Source: Candidatus Thalassarchaeum betae
Lineage (GTDB): Archaea; Thermoplasmatota; Poseidoniia; Poseidoniales; Thalassarchaeaceae
DNA length: 64,000 nucleotides
Assembly (NCBI GenBank): GCA_003193925.1
Contig: PSPG01000004.1
Location: 51,720-115,719 of the forward strand
Direction of reading: 5' to 3'
The notes beneath the pieces were generated by a model. It worked only from the letters and a program-made list of their open reading frames with translations, had not been told where the DNA came from and made no database searches. Shown piece after piece: positions 48,566-58,333 of the stretch (positions are counted from its first letter, which is position 1; each line of letters opens with the position of its first letter). The position numbers were made by a program, and so were the translations under genes.

Positions 48566-50824
48566 GTGAAGTTGATGATTCTCGAATCCGGAGCCAAAGC
48601 CCGCACCGTCAAGAAGTACCTTGGCAAGGACTGGATTGTCAATGCGTGCAAAGGGCATGTCCAGGACCTGCCCCCCTCCAAGGCGATGTGGGCCTCAGAG
48701 GATGGAAAGCTGCCAGAACCGCCCTGGGATTGGACAGAAGGGGCGGAGAGAGTCGTTGCTGGGATTCGCAGAAAGGCGGAAGACTCCGACGTTGAGGAGA
48801 TCTATATCGCCACCGACCCCGATCGTGAGGGCGAATTCATCGCATGGCGTCTCAGCATACTGTTCTCTGACTTTCCCGAAGTGAAGCGTGTCACCTTCAA
48901 TGAGATAACCAAGTCGGCTGTGAATGAGGCTATCGATAACTGCACGGACATCGACATGGACCTCGTCGATGCTGCGAAGGTTCGCCGGTTCACGGATAGA
49001 CTGGTTGGCTTCCGTTGCTCTAAATTCAGCAAGTCGTGGAGGCTTCCCTCGATGGGGCGAGTCCAGACCCCGACGCTGGGATTCATCGTTCAGAGGGAGC
49101 TCGAGAGGGAGGCCCATGTTCCAATAGAGTACCACAGCGTCCATGCTGAATCAGACGGAGTCAGGTTCAACGTCAGGTTCCACGAGAAGGATGACTCCGA
49201 TGCCTGGAAGGACGATTCTGGAAAGCACCGTGCTGACAGAACCTCTGACGGAGACCTTGCTGAGCATGCATTCCAAGCACTGCTGAAGGCTGGAGAGATG
49301 ACCATCACCTCAGTGAAAGAAGGCAAGACGAATCGTAACCCTCAACCGCCATTCACCACAGACACGCTGCTCCAAGCAGCTAACTCCACCTTAAAGTGGT
49401 CCGTTTCCAAGACCGCCAGAGTCGCTCAATCACTGTATCAGTCTGGGCACATAACATACATCCGCACGGATTCGACCCGGACCAATGCCGAAGCCCGAAA
49501 CAAGGTCAGGGAGCACATCAAGGAGAAGTATGGGAAGGATCACCTCGGACCGGGAATGCTGGGATCCGATGTCAAAAAGGGTGCTTCAAATGTTCAAGAC
49601 GCACACGAGGCAATTAGGCCTACTAGGCCCGAGAGCACCTCGATTACGACGGATAGGGCTGATGGGAAGAAGCTGTACGGCTTGATTTGGGCCCGCTTCG
49701 CAGCCAGTCAGATGTCCCAATCAGTCAGGGAGAGAAGGGACTTACAAGCCGGCTTGGATGAGTTGGATATACCTCTGAATGGGAGTGCTTCCTGGAGGAT
49801 CCATGCTGGTTGGGAGGCCGTTTTCTCACAATATCTTGGTGATGTTAGAACCACTTCACCTGACTCCCCTCTCATCATTGGAGCGGTATGGTCCATAGAC
49901 GCATCAGACGACAATCCACACATGACGACGGATGAGACCAAGCCTCCAAGGAGATTCTCGGAGAGCTCGATCGTCCAAGAGATGAAGAGGGCCGGGATAG
50001 GCAGACCGTCGACCTATGTCTCGACCGTATCCAAATTGGGGGCCAGAGGCTATGTCGAGCTTGAGGGCAACTCGCTGATCCCAACCGATGATGGGCGGAC
50101 GATGTGGCTTCAAGTAGTGCCATTCTACAATGCGCAGGATAAGGCAGAAGGACTGTTCACTCCGGAGTTCACCGCCAAGATGGAGAAGGATCTGGATCGC
50201 GTTGAGCATGCCCAGACTAGTGGAGCGAGTGTTTGGGCCAGCTTCTTGGATGTATTCAGGGCGATGCACAACAGCGCTCTGGAGGATAGGCGGAAAGTGC
50301 CGACTCCTCGTCAGCTGGCCCTGCTGGAGAGCCGTCTGACTGTCCTCGATGAGGCCTATCGGGAAGAGTTGCTTGCCGGGAAGGCCATAGGAGATCTCAG
50401 CGGTGAAGAGGCCAGAGGACTCATCGGGACCCTAATGGAGGCGAATGGGCGCAATGGCCCCCTTCCGGCAAGCGAGAAGCAGACAGCACTCATAGTGAAG
50501 CTCTCTGACCGGATTGGCATTGGCCTGACAAAGGCCTTGGGGCTGGTGGATTCGACAGACATCAGTGAGCTTACCGGAGGCAGAGACGGATCAGCCAGCG
50601 CGCTGATCTCGACTCTGATTGAGCAGAGCGGGGCAATGCCGGCGACTCCAGCTCAGGTGGACCTGGTCAACAAACTGGCTGAGCAACACGAGGTTTCGCT
50701 CGATCGGGTTCTGGCCATCGCCGGACTGAAGGAAATTGATGAGATGTCAAAGACCGATGCTAGCGACATCATCGGCGAGATGAAGAAACGGCGCGGAACT
50801 AGAAGGCGCCGGGGTAAAGCATAA
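48566..50824 (+). CDS. topA: DNA topoisomerase, type IA (Topo I/III)
   Basis: 752 aa. The Toprim start 'LMILESGAKARTVKKYLG…GHVQDLP', the DxD(E) acidic cluster, the catalytic-Tyr region '…GHITYIRTDS' and C-terminal repeats are present. Confidence 0.85.
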   Translation: MKLMILESGAKARTVKKYLGKDWIVNACKGHVQDLPPSKAMWASEDGKLPEPPWDWTEGAERVVAGIRRKAEDSDVEEIYIATDPDREGEFIAWRLSILFSDFPEVKRVTFNEITKSAVNEAIDNCTDIDMDLVDAAKVRRFTDRLVGFRCSKFSKSWRLPSMGRVQTPTLGFIVQRELEREAHVPIEYHSVHAESDGVRFNVRFHEKDDSDAWKDDSGKHRADRTSDGDLAEHAFQALLKAGEMTITSVKEGKTNRNPQPPFTTDTLLQAANSTLKWSVSKTARVAQSLYQSGHITYIRTDSTRTNAEARNKVREHIKEKYGKDHLGPGMLGSDVKKGASNVQDAHEAIRPTRPESTSITTDRADGKKLYGLIWARFAASQMSQSVRERRDLQAGLDELDIPLNGSASWRIHAGWEAVFSQYLGDVRTTSPDSPLIIGAVWSIDASDDNPHMTTDETKPPRRFSESSIVQEMKRAGIGRPSTYVSTVSKLGARGYVELEGNSLIPTDDGRTMWLQVVPFYNAQDKAEGLFTPEFTAKMEKDLDRVEHAQTSGASVWASFLDVFRAMHNSALEDRRKVPTPRQLALLESRLTVLDEAYREELLAGKAIGDLSGEEARGLIGTLMEANGRNGPLPASEKQTALIVKLSDRIGIGLTKALGLVDSTDISELTGGRDGSASALISTLIEQSGAMPATPAQVDLVNKLAEQHEVSLDRVLAIAGLKEIDEMSKTDASDIIGEMKKRRGTRRRRGKA

Positions 50825-50836
50825 CACGGCCACTTC

Positions 50837-52084
50837 GTGACAGCACTCAAGAACAAGCGCCCTGCAAGAGGTGACGTGGGAGTGTCCGAGTACGATGCTG
50901 TCGTCGTGGGTGCTGGGCCGATTGGTGGATATCTCGCCGCCGGGCTGGCAGAAGGAGGAGTCAGTGTTCTTCTTCTCGAAGAGCATTCAGAGATAGGGCG
51001 GCCATTCCAGTGCGCTGGTCTGGTTAATCCCCATGTCATGAATCTCACAGGCTTGCATCACACCGTTCTTTCACCAATCTGGGGCGCTAGGATACACAGC
51101 CCTTCGGGGACTCCAGTTGTGATTGGTGATGAGGGTCGCATCCGCACATGGTCCGTATGCCGCAAACTCTTCGATGAGGGGATCGTCAGGCAGGCAATAG
51201 AGAAAGGCGCTCACATCTGGCTATCCAGCAAACCAATTTCGGCTGTAATTGAGGAAGGATCTGTCAATCTCCGCATACGCACCCCGAAAGGAGTCAAGGA
51301 TGTCCGATGCCGTCTACTATGCGGTGCAGATGGAGCCCACTCGTGGGTCCGACGTCATTTCAAGATGGGGCGGCCAAAGGAACTTATGATCGGATTCCAA
51401 GTCGAGGTCACCGGATATCGGGGGCAAGAGGGTCGGCTGGACATGTACACCGGATCGCGCATAGCACCCGGCTTCTTTGCATGGGCGATACCCTCTGGGG
51501 AGACTACTAGGATAGGGACATGGAGCAAACCAGGCCTCATGGGTGGCGAATCTTGCGAGCAGTTGCTGGATAGGTTACGAGAGGAACCGCTCTGGAGGAA
51601 TCGGTTCTCGGGATGCAAGGAGATAGGCAGATTCTGTGGACCTATACCCAGTGGCATGGTGAAGCGTCCGATGATAGGCAGAGTTGCGTTGTTCGGGGAC
51701 GCTGCAGGGCTATGCAAGCCCACTACTGGGGGAGGAATAGGACCGGGCTTCGCTCAGGTTGACCTAGTGACGCCCCACCTCTTAGATGCGCTCAAGTGCG
51801 ATGACCTGTCAGACGGCAGGATGAGTGAAATTGCTGGCTTCATGGGGCCGATGAGGAGGAGTCAGAGGAGGTCAAAGGCGTTACGCGACGCATTCCTCAC
51901 AGAATCCACAGACTCCGAGTTGGACGATATTTTCGCAGTATGGGCACGTCCCGAGGTCATCGAGTTAATCAACGATATAGGAGAAATCGAGCATCCCATC
52001 CCGCTGGGAATCAAGATGCTCAGGGAGATTCCCGAATTCCGCTCGCTGACTAAGCGGGCGGTCAAGGCCATCCTCTTGGGGTGA
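50837..52084 (+). CDS. Geranylgeranyl reductase-family FAD-dependent oxidoreductase
   Basis: 'YDAVVVGAGPIGGYLA' is the FAD-binding GxGxxG motif, followed by a 'GDAAG' motif. It is GGR/ChlP-like. Confidence 0.8.
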   Translation: MTALKNKRPARGDVGVSEYDAVVVGAGPIGGYLAAGLAEGGVSVLLLEEHSEIGRPFQCAGLVNPHVMNLTGLHHTVLSPIWGARIHSPSGTPVVIGDEGRIRTWSVCRKLFDEGIVRQAIEKGAHIWLSSKPISAVIEEGSVNLRIRTPKGVKDVRCRLLCGADGAHSWVRRHFKMGRPKELMIGFQVEVTGYRGQEGRLDMYTGSRIAPGFFAWAIPSGETTRIGTWSKPGLMGGESCEQLLDRLREEPLWRNRFSGCKEIGRFCGPIPSGMVKRPMIGRVALFGDAAGLCKPTTGGGIGPGFAQVDLVTPHLLDALKCDDLSDGRMSEIAGFMGPMRRSQRRSKALRDAFLTESTDSELDDIFAVWARPEVIELINDIGEIEHPIPLGIKMLREIPEFRSLTKRAVKAILLG

Positions 52085-52088
52085 TCCA

Positions 52089-53171
52089 GTGCACAAGTCA
52101 GTTCAGCGAATCAGATATCCCCCCTTCGAGTACTCACACATGAATGCAGGAGGGGTGCCGTTGGTCGAAGTGGTGATGGAATCCGATAATCCTCCTCCGC
52201 CATCATTCAGGATCGGCATGGACGAAGATTGGATGGTGGAATGGAGGCGTTGCAAGGATGATGACCCGGAATGGCCGGTCATACAATCCGATGTCTCCAC
52301 TGACCCATTTCCCTTCCTGATGAGTACGAGGAATGGTTGGTACATCGAACCCGACCCATTGCACTCCCTAGCAAGGAGGCTGATCCCTCCGACGGCGTCC
52401 ATCCTGATCCTCACGTTGTTGATTCACACGATGGAGCCAGGTCTTGTGAATATCGGGGTGCTCTCGGAGGCGATTGCAGGATCCTACAGAATCGGCCCTT
52501 TGGACTACCCCAAGCTACTGGTAGTGGCCTTACCGATATTCCTGCTGCCCATCGTTTCGAGGATGGTTGCCAACCTGCGTGACATACGAAGGCAGAACGC
52601 GTACATCGCATCGCCTCTGGACTCTCCGGAAATCTCTCTGGCGAACGAGGGAAATGGAATCAAGATCGTCAGGCTGGTAATGCCGTTAGAGGTGATGGCT
52701 CGCCGAGCTCGGATTCAGGTCGGCATCGCCGTTCCCGAGAGGAGCAAGGTGCTAGAGGCGCTGTCGAGGGACGAGGGCGGGCAGCCAGCACCGGGAATGT
52801 CCACACAACTGCCTGAGCGCAGAATCACCACTGGGGAAGAACTCGGTACCGGGGTCGGCGAGGCAACTCCAATGCCTATCGCCCATCCTAGGGTGCTGCT
52901 GCTAGAGCCGATGAGGGTCCGAGAGGCTGGCGAGTGGGTCGATTTCAAGGGTGGCGAGACCAGCTATTACCTCAAAGGTCCGGAGGACTTGTGGCCCGGC
53001 TCAATCTACTCAGCTGTAATAGCAGTTCACTGGGAGCTCGTGATCGAAGCGATTAGGGACGATGGGACGAAGATGAAGTGGGTGAGGCCGCTGAAGATGC
53101 CTCCACGAGAGGGGCTGGAGCATATCCCGACGTTGCCCGTAAGGAGCGGTAGGACCGAACTGTCGACTTGA
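52089..53171 (+). CDS. Hypothetical protein with a central pair of TM helices
   Basis: 360-aa ORF starting 5 nt after the GGR stop. No family recognised. Confidence 0.45.
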   Translation: MHKSVQRIRYPPFEYSHMNAGGVPLVEVVMESDNPPPPSFRIGMDEDWMVEWRRCKDDDPEWPVIQSDVSTDPFPFLMSTRNGWYIEPDPLHSLARRLIPPTASILILTLLIHTMEPGLVNIGVLSEAIAGSYRIGPLDYPKLLVVALPIFLLPIVSRMVANLRDIRRQNAYIASPLDSPEISLANEGNGIKIVRLVMPLEVMARRARIQVGIAVPERSKVLEALSRDEGGQPAPGMSTQLPERRITTGEELGTGVGEATPMPIAHPRVLLLEPMRVREAGEWVDFKGGETSYYLKGPEDLWPGSIYSAVIAVHWELVIEAIRDDGTKMKWVRPLKMPPREGLEHIPTLPVRSGRTELST

Positions 53172-54359
53172 TCAGGCCGGCTGCAGCGGTACTGGTGCTA
53201 CCAGAATCTCGTCTTCAATGACTGTGTCCAGGGAGACGTAGTCGGAATCGCGCTTGCGCGGTCGGAACCCGGCTCGGAGTATCATTCTCTGCAGTTCATG
53301 CTCCGCTGCTTCGGTCTTGGTGGTTCCAGATGCTGAGACGACGTTTTCCTCCATCATGGTGGAGCCGGCGTCATCGGCCCCAGCGAGTAATGCCATCTGA
53401 GCGACGCCGACGCCCATTGTGGGCCAAGAAGCCTGAATGTGGTCGACGTTGTCGAAGAACAAGCGCGAGACAGCGACATGCCGGAGGTACTCCGTTGGAC
53501 CTGCGCCCAACTCAATTCTGTTGTGACCCCTGTTCCTCGACCCAAAGCTGTTGTTCTCTAACATCACCGGCCATGCGATGAACGAAGTGAATCCCGTCCT
53601 ACCTGAAGCATGCGCCTCGTCCTGCATTGCCCTTATGCTGTCCATGTGCAGGATTCGGTGTCTGGGCGTCTCCCCGAATCCGAAGACGTTGGTCGCAGAG
53701 GTCGTCAGCCCCAGACTCTGAGCCTCCCCCATCACCCTGAGCCAATTGTCCGCAGAGCCCTTCTTCGGAGAGATGTCCAGTCTGACATCGTCCACCAGCA
53801 TTTCTGCGCCGCCCCCCGGAAGGCCATGCATGCCCACTTCTTGCAATTCACGGAGGACCTCGAGGGTAGTCATCCCGCATACTTCGGCGATACCCTCGAT
53901 TTCAATGGGGGAGAAGCAGTCCAACGAAATTGAAGGGTGCCTTCTTCTCAAATCCCTGAGCAGGTCGAGGTACCAATCGAGGAGGAGTTCGGGGTGGACC
54001 CCTCCTTGCATCAGGACGCGTGAGCCTCCGATAGCCTCCAATTCGGCGATCCTCTCACTAATTTGGTCAACCGATTGGGTGTACGTCTCGGGATGATCGG
54101 GAGGGCGATAGAAAGAGCAGAACTGGCAGTTGATGGTGCAGACGTTGGTGTAGTTCACATTCCTGTCAATCAGATAAGTGACCTCATTACCGGGAACCTG
54201 CAGCCTTCTGCGCATCATGGCGGCGTGCATCAGGTCGTTGAGATCCGCGGACTCGTAGAGCGTGACCGCGTCCTCGATGGTCAGCCTCTGGCAATCGGAT
54301 GACATCTGAGATGCCAGTATGACTCTCCAGTCTGACAGAATATCACCTATCACTTCCAA
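53172..54359 (-). CDS. Radical SAM enzyme of the MqnC/MqnE (futalosine-pathway menaquinone) / CofH family
   Basis: 'CTINCQFCSFYR' is the CxxxCxxC motif, followed by 'VLMQGGVHPEL' and a C-terminal domain typical of MqnC/MqnE/CofGH. I favour Mqn because of the MqnD-like gene at 205..1065. Confidence 0.65.
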   Translation of the reverse strand: MEVIGDILSDWRVILASQMSSDCQRLTIEDAVTLYESADLNDLMHAAMMRRRLQVPGNEVTYLIDRNVNYTNVCTINCQFCSFYRPPDHPETYTQSVDQISERIAELEAIGGSRVLMQGGVHPELLLDWYLDLLRDLRRRHPSISLDCFSPIEIEGIAEVCGMTTLEVLRELQEVGMHGLPGGGAEMLVDDVRLDISPKKGSADNWLRVMGEAQSLGLTTSATNVFGFGETPRHRILHMDSIRAMQDEAHASGRTGFTSFIAWPVMLENNSFGSRNRGHNRIELGAGPTEYLRHVAVSRLFFDNVDHIQASWPTMGVGVAQMALLAGADDAGSTMMEENVVSASGTTKTEAAEHELQRMILRAGFRPRKRDSDYVSLDTVIEDEILVAPVPLQPA

Positions 54360-55773
54360 TGAGTGCTTCTATTTCATCAATTGTCTTCGGACAATCCGAG
54401 GTCAGCACTACTGGACCGCCCTCGGTGATGAGTACGTCATCCTCTATACGCACCCCTATTCCGGAGTACCTCTCGGGAATCTCGACGTCCGTCCTCCAAC
54501 TGCCGAAGTATAATCCCGGCTCGACGGTTAGGACCATGCCGGGCCCGAGGTCGCGCCCGGGCCCATCATCGCCTTGTCGGCCACCTCCGACATCGTGGAC
54601 ATCAAGTCCCAGCAAGTGCCCCGTACCGTGCATGAAGTAGTTCCTGTAGGGTCCGTCGAAGTCCTCCCCCAGAGCATCCTCTAGTGAGTAGTCTAGGATG
54701 CCGAGGTCAATCAATCCCTGAGCGAGTACGTTAGAAGTCGCATGGTGCATCGCGCTCCACGGTGAGCCTGCTTGGCATGCCTCAATTCCAGCCATTTGCG
54801 CCCTGAGGACGAGTTCGTAAATCTCTCGCTGTGCATCACTGAACCGCCCGTTCACCGGCCAGGTTCTCGTAATGTCGGATGCATATCCCTCGACCTCTGA
54901 TCCGGCATCGACAAGGACGAGATCGCCGCCGGCGATAACAGCATTATTGGCATTGTAGTGGAGGATTGTGGCGTTATCACCGCCGCCAACTATTGTTGGG
55001 TAACTCCAACGGCTCTTGCTCGCGGTGAAATGTCTCTCGATGACGGCTTGTACCTGCCACTCTCCAATATCAGCATAAGCCGCTCGCATCGTCGCAACAT
55101 GGGCCGCAGAGGCGATGTCTGCCGACTCCTGCATCAACTGGATCTCTCGATCGGACTTGCGTACCCGCATCTCATCGAGTATCGAGGATGGGTCAGAAAG
55201 GCTCGTCGGGCCGATGTACTTGGTGTTGCTGTCACGCGACTTGGAGTTCACTGCGCTGTTCACCATCTCATCCAATATCGGATTGAGGCCTGGGATTAGG
55301 TGAATCTGCTTGCAAGCCTCGAAGTGCTCTGCTACCGTTTTCTCCAGATCTTCCAGAGAATGAGCCTCATCGATGGGCCACCCGGAGGCAGCGCCCTCTG
55401 TGCCAACCCTTCGACCCTCCCATATCTCGGTCTTGGTGTCTCGAGGTTGGACGAATAGCGAGGTCGTCCACGCGCCTGAGTCGTAATGAGACATCAGAAC
55501 GGCTCCGGGCTCATTCCACCCACACAGATAGAGCATGTACGAACTGGCACGAAACGGGTAATGGACGTCATTGGAGCGATTCGCGTGGGGATTGGTGGGA
55601 ATCAGCACCAAGCTGTCGGACGGAATCTGCCCTAGGAATTCAGACTGGCGCCCGCGATACTCGGCCTCGGAGAATGCAAGCTCAGCCATACGTCTCGCCG
55701 GGCTGTCGACTAGAGGCCCGTTCTTAGGGGTGTGGGAAGTCGAAGACGTCAGTTTTCGTTGCCGGACTTCCAT
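54343..55773 (-). CDS. pepP: Xaa-Pro aminopeptidase (M24B family)
   Basis: 'HGTGHLLGLDVHDVGG' and the upstream metal-ligand residues form the pita-bread fold. An N-terminal creatinase-like domain is present. Confidence 0.85.
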   Translation of the reverse strand: MEVRQRKLTSSTSHTPKNGPLVDSPARRMAELAFSEAEYRGRQSEFLGQIPSDSLVLIPTNPHANRSNDVHYPFRASSYMLYLCGWNEPGAVLMSHYDSGAWTTSLFVQPRDTKTEIWEGRRVGTEGAASGWPIDEAHSLEDLEKTVAEHFEACKQIHLIPGLNPILDEMVNSAVNSKSRDSNTKYIGPTSLSDPSSILDEMRVRKSDREIQLMQESADIASAAHVATMRAAYADIGEWQVQAVIERHFTASKSRWSYPTIVGGGDNATILHYNANNAVIAGGDLVLVDAGSEVEGYASDITRTWPVNGRFSDAQREIYELVLRAQMAGIEACQAGSPWSAMHHATSNVLAQGLIDLGILDYSLEDALGEDFDGPYRNYFMHGTGHLLGLDVHDVGGGRQGDDGPGRDLGPGMVLTVEPGLYFGSWRTDVEIPERYSGIGVRIEDDVLITEGGPVVLTSDCPKTIDEIEALIGSDR

Positions 55774-57311
55774 TTCGGAATGGACGCGGAATCGTCCGAA
55801 GAACGGTACCTCAGCAATATGGCCGAGACCATGAAGATGGCTGAAATCGCAAGGGCGATTAGCGGGTAGGGCAGGGGCTCGCTCACGTCGGGGTTGACCA
55901 ATTGTACAGAGACGGTGCCGTACTCATCATCATCGTCGATGACGTCCAAAGTGAGAATTAGTTCGTCTCCGGCGCCCGAAGGCCAGGAAAGAGTTCTCTG
56001 GCAGCCCTCATACATTGGAGCGTAATCAATCTTCCAAACGCACCTCAACCCGGCTTGATCGTTAGCTGAGTCGACCGAGGCGGAAGCGTCCAAAGCCCAT
56101 TCGCCGCCTGGGCTCAACTTGATGCTGTCACCATCTGAGACAGGACTGCCATCCACATACATCTTGGCCGTGGGTATGACGTTCTCCACAGTGAATGTCT
56201 TGACTGATGTGCTTGAAACCCCACCGGCGTCCATCACGCGCAGAGTCAGAGTGTATTCGCCGGAGGTCTCGCTGCCCATAGAGTAAGTGCCGAGGCCGTC
56301 CCCCATGACGATGTCGAGCGGTGTCGAACCAGTGTGTGAGGGCCTTCTCAGCACCCACATGTAATGCATGTCCTCCCTGCCCCATACCGGGTCGTTGGAG
56401 GCACTGCCGTCGAACAACAGATCGCCACTGCCCTCCAGCACGCTGTCTGGCCCCGCCAGTGTGATTGCCGGAGCAAGATTGTTGACCCGGATGGGCACGC
56501 AGGTCTGAGCGAAGGTAACCCCGGAGGGATCGTAGTTCTCGGCGTAGAAGGAGTGCCATCCATCATAGAGCCCCGAAATGTCGATCCTGTTCGAGAAAGA
56601 GCCATCTGGAATAATCACCAATAGATGTGAACTGAAATCGGAATCGGCCTCGATCATGCACACATCTGCCGCGTTGGAAGCCGACTTCGCGAAGAATCGG
56701 AGCTCCGGAGAAGTCCATACCATAGGGTGCGAACTCCAGCCTGAAGCGGTGAGTGAGTTGGAAACCCAATCCCCCGAGGCCGGAGAGTGGAGCATGATTG
56801 CTGACTTAGCCGTATCTCCGAGGAACAAAACTTGTCGGGCCTGCGATGTCTCCCCGGAAGCGGACTCCACTGTGACTGTGAGGTAGCAGGTGCATGGGGA
56901 GTACTCTGCCACATCGAGTTCCAGCGACCAGATCCAGATGGGCCTTGAACCCGATGAGTCGGCTTCCTCCAAAGTCGTCGACAGATCCCCGCTGCCGAGC
57001 TCTGCCTCCTCGCCAATGCTCCATGTCACGTGAGGGGGCCTCTCTTCGTCCTCGACGAAACCTGTGATTACAGTAGTTTCGTTCGTGGTGAAGCCATTCT
57101 CGAAATCGAATCCGATGAGAGGAACATCGTCGGAATCCTCCGCGCTGACAGGGGTAAGAGTGGGGGACCACGCCGCTATAAGCAGCAAGACGACGAACAA
57201 CCTAGGGGACTTCACAGCGTATGGCCGGACCAATTCCGTAATGAATCTCATGCCTAAATGATGATTGTTCCAATCATCTGTCTGAAATCTGTAATTGCCA
57301 CGCCAGCTCAT
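55749..57311 (-). CDS. Hypothetical cell-surface protein (signal peptide, beta-rich PKD/Ig-like repeats, C-terminal TM anchor)
   Basis: 520 aa with an N-terminal hydrophobic signal, repetitive beta-strand-like segments and a C-terminal 'PLIALAISAIFMVSAILL' anchor followed by a charged tail. Confidence 0.5.
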   Translation of the reverse strand: MSWRGNYRFQTDDWNNHHLGMRFITELVRPYAVKSPRLFVVLLLIAAWSPTLTPVSAEDSDDVPLIGFDFENGFTTNETTVITGFVEDEERPPHVTWSIGEEAELGSGDLSTTLEEADSSGSRPIWIWSLELDVAEYSPCTCYLTVTVESASGETSQARQVLFLGDTAKSAIMLHSPASGDWVSNSLTASGWSSHPMVWTSPELRFFAKSASNAADVCMIEADSDFSSHLLVIIPDGSFSNRIDISGLYDGWHSFYAENYDPSGVTFAQTCVPIRVNNLAPAITLAGPDSVLEGSGDLLFDGSASNDPVWGREDMHYMWVLRRPSHTGSTPLDIVMGDGLGTYSMGSETSGEYTLTLRVMDAGGVSSTSVKTFTVENVIPTAKMYVDGSPVSDGDSIKLSPGGEWALDASASVDSANDQAGLRCVWKIDYAPMYEGCQRTLSWPSGAGDELILTLDVIDDDDEYGTVSVQLVNPDVSEPLPYPLIALAISAIFMVSAILLRYRSSDDSASIPKWKSGNEN

Positions 57312-58332
57312 CCAGCCAAATGCCTAGAGTGGTACGGTTGACGAACTCATGGCTGGCCTCGGCAGACAGCACGCATTCGCAGGCTGCGGCGGCCAGAGTG
57401 GCAGCATCGGCCATAGAATGTCCGTTGCCAAGCGCGGCCGCCAGAGCGGTGGCGGCTGCGTCGTGGAGGCCAATCTGCTGAAGAGGGGCGTCAGTGGAGC
57501 AAGGCAGGTGCATCGGCTCGCCATCCGCTTGGTAGAGAGTGACTCCGTGGACGCCGCCAAGCACTAGCATGGCCCCCCAGTCGTAAGTTTTGATCAGGCT
57601 CCTGGCAGCCTCTGCTTGGTCCGATGCAGTCAACCGGCGGCGAAGCAGGTCGAGTCCTCGAATCTCGAACAAGACGGCGTCGGCCCCCCTGCTCCTGTCG
57701 AGTCCGGTCAACTTGGGATCCATTATCACCGGAACGCCCGCACCGCTGGCCACCTTAATGAGAGATTGCGCACCATCTGTGGTCAGAACCCCCCTATCAT
57801 AGTCGGAGAGCACGATGGCGCAGCTGTCCGATAGGGAAGACAGTGCCGAGGCCGTCAACGAAGCACTGACGCCTTCAGGTAGATCGTCACGTGGGCCACG
57901 GTCGGCCTGCAGGAGAATCTGACTCTTGTCCAGAAGGCTCTCGCGGCTCCCATAGAAGCGAATCTTGGTCAGAGTGCTCCGGCCTGGGACGATATCTATC
58001 CCAGATGTCCCTATGCCATCTGCAGACAGCTTCTCGATGATGACCCGGCCCTCCCTGTCGTCTCCGACGCAGCAGTGAAGGCTTACGGAAAGGCCGAGGG
58101 AATTGAGCCCCATCGCGATGTGCGCGGCAGCACCGGGTGTCTCCTCGGAACTCAGAATCTTGAGCACTGGGACGGGGGCTGTCGAATCCAAGTTGTTGGC
58201 AAATCCGTGATGGTACCTGTCCAGCATGACGTCACCGATCAGCGTGACCTTAGAGGAACCCATGCTCTCAAGCAGAGACCTGAGTCTCTTGAGAGCCTCA
58301 GCGCGCTCATGAACGTCGCCTTCGTCGGTCAT
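57274..58332 (-). CDS. PfkB-family carbohydrate kinase, HldE/RfaE domain-I-like (heptose-7-phosphate kinase-like)
   Basis: 'VTLIGDVMLDRYHHG' resembles HldE 'VGDVMLDRYWYG'. A ribokinase-fold GG motif and the C-terminal 'DVTGAGD'-like region (DAAATALAAA) are present. Confidence 0.65.
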   Translation of the reverse strand: MTDEGDVHERAEALKRLRSLLESMGSSKVTLIGDVMLDRYHHGFANNLDSTAPVPVLKILSSEETPGAAAHIAMGLNSLGLSVSLHCCVGDDREGRVIIEKLSADGIGTSGIDIVPGRSTLTKIRFYGSRESLLDKSQILLQADRGPRDDLPEGVSASLTASALSSLSDSCAIVLSDYDRGVLTTDGAQSLIKVASGAGVPVIMDPKLTGLDRSRGADAVLFEIRGLDLLRRRLTASDQAEAARSLIKTYDWGAMLVLGGVHGVTLYQADGEPMHLPCSTDAPLQQIGLHDAAATALAAALGNGHSMADAATLAAAACECVLSAEASHEFVNRTTLGIWLDELAWQLQISDR

Positions 58333-58333
58333 C

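Noticed and set aside
48695-49144. 149-aa ORF antisense to topA, and 50653..51048 antisense spanning the topA/GGR junction
   Set aside because: Both are antisense shadows of confident genes.
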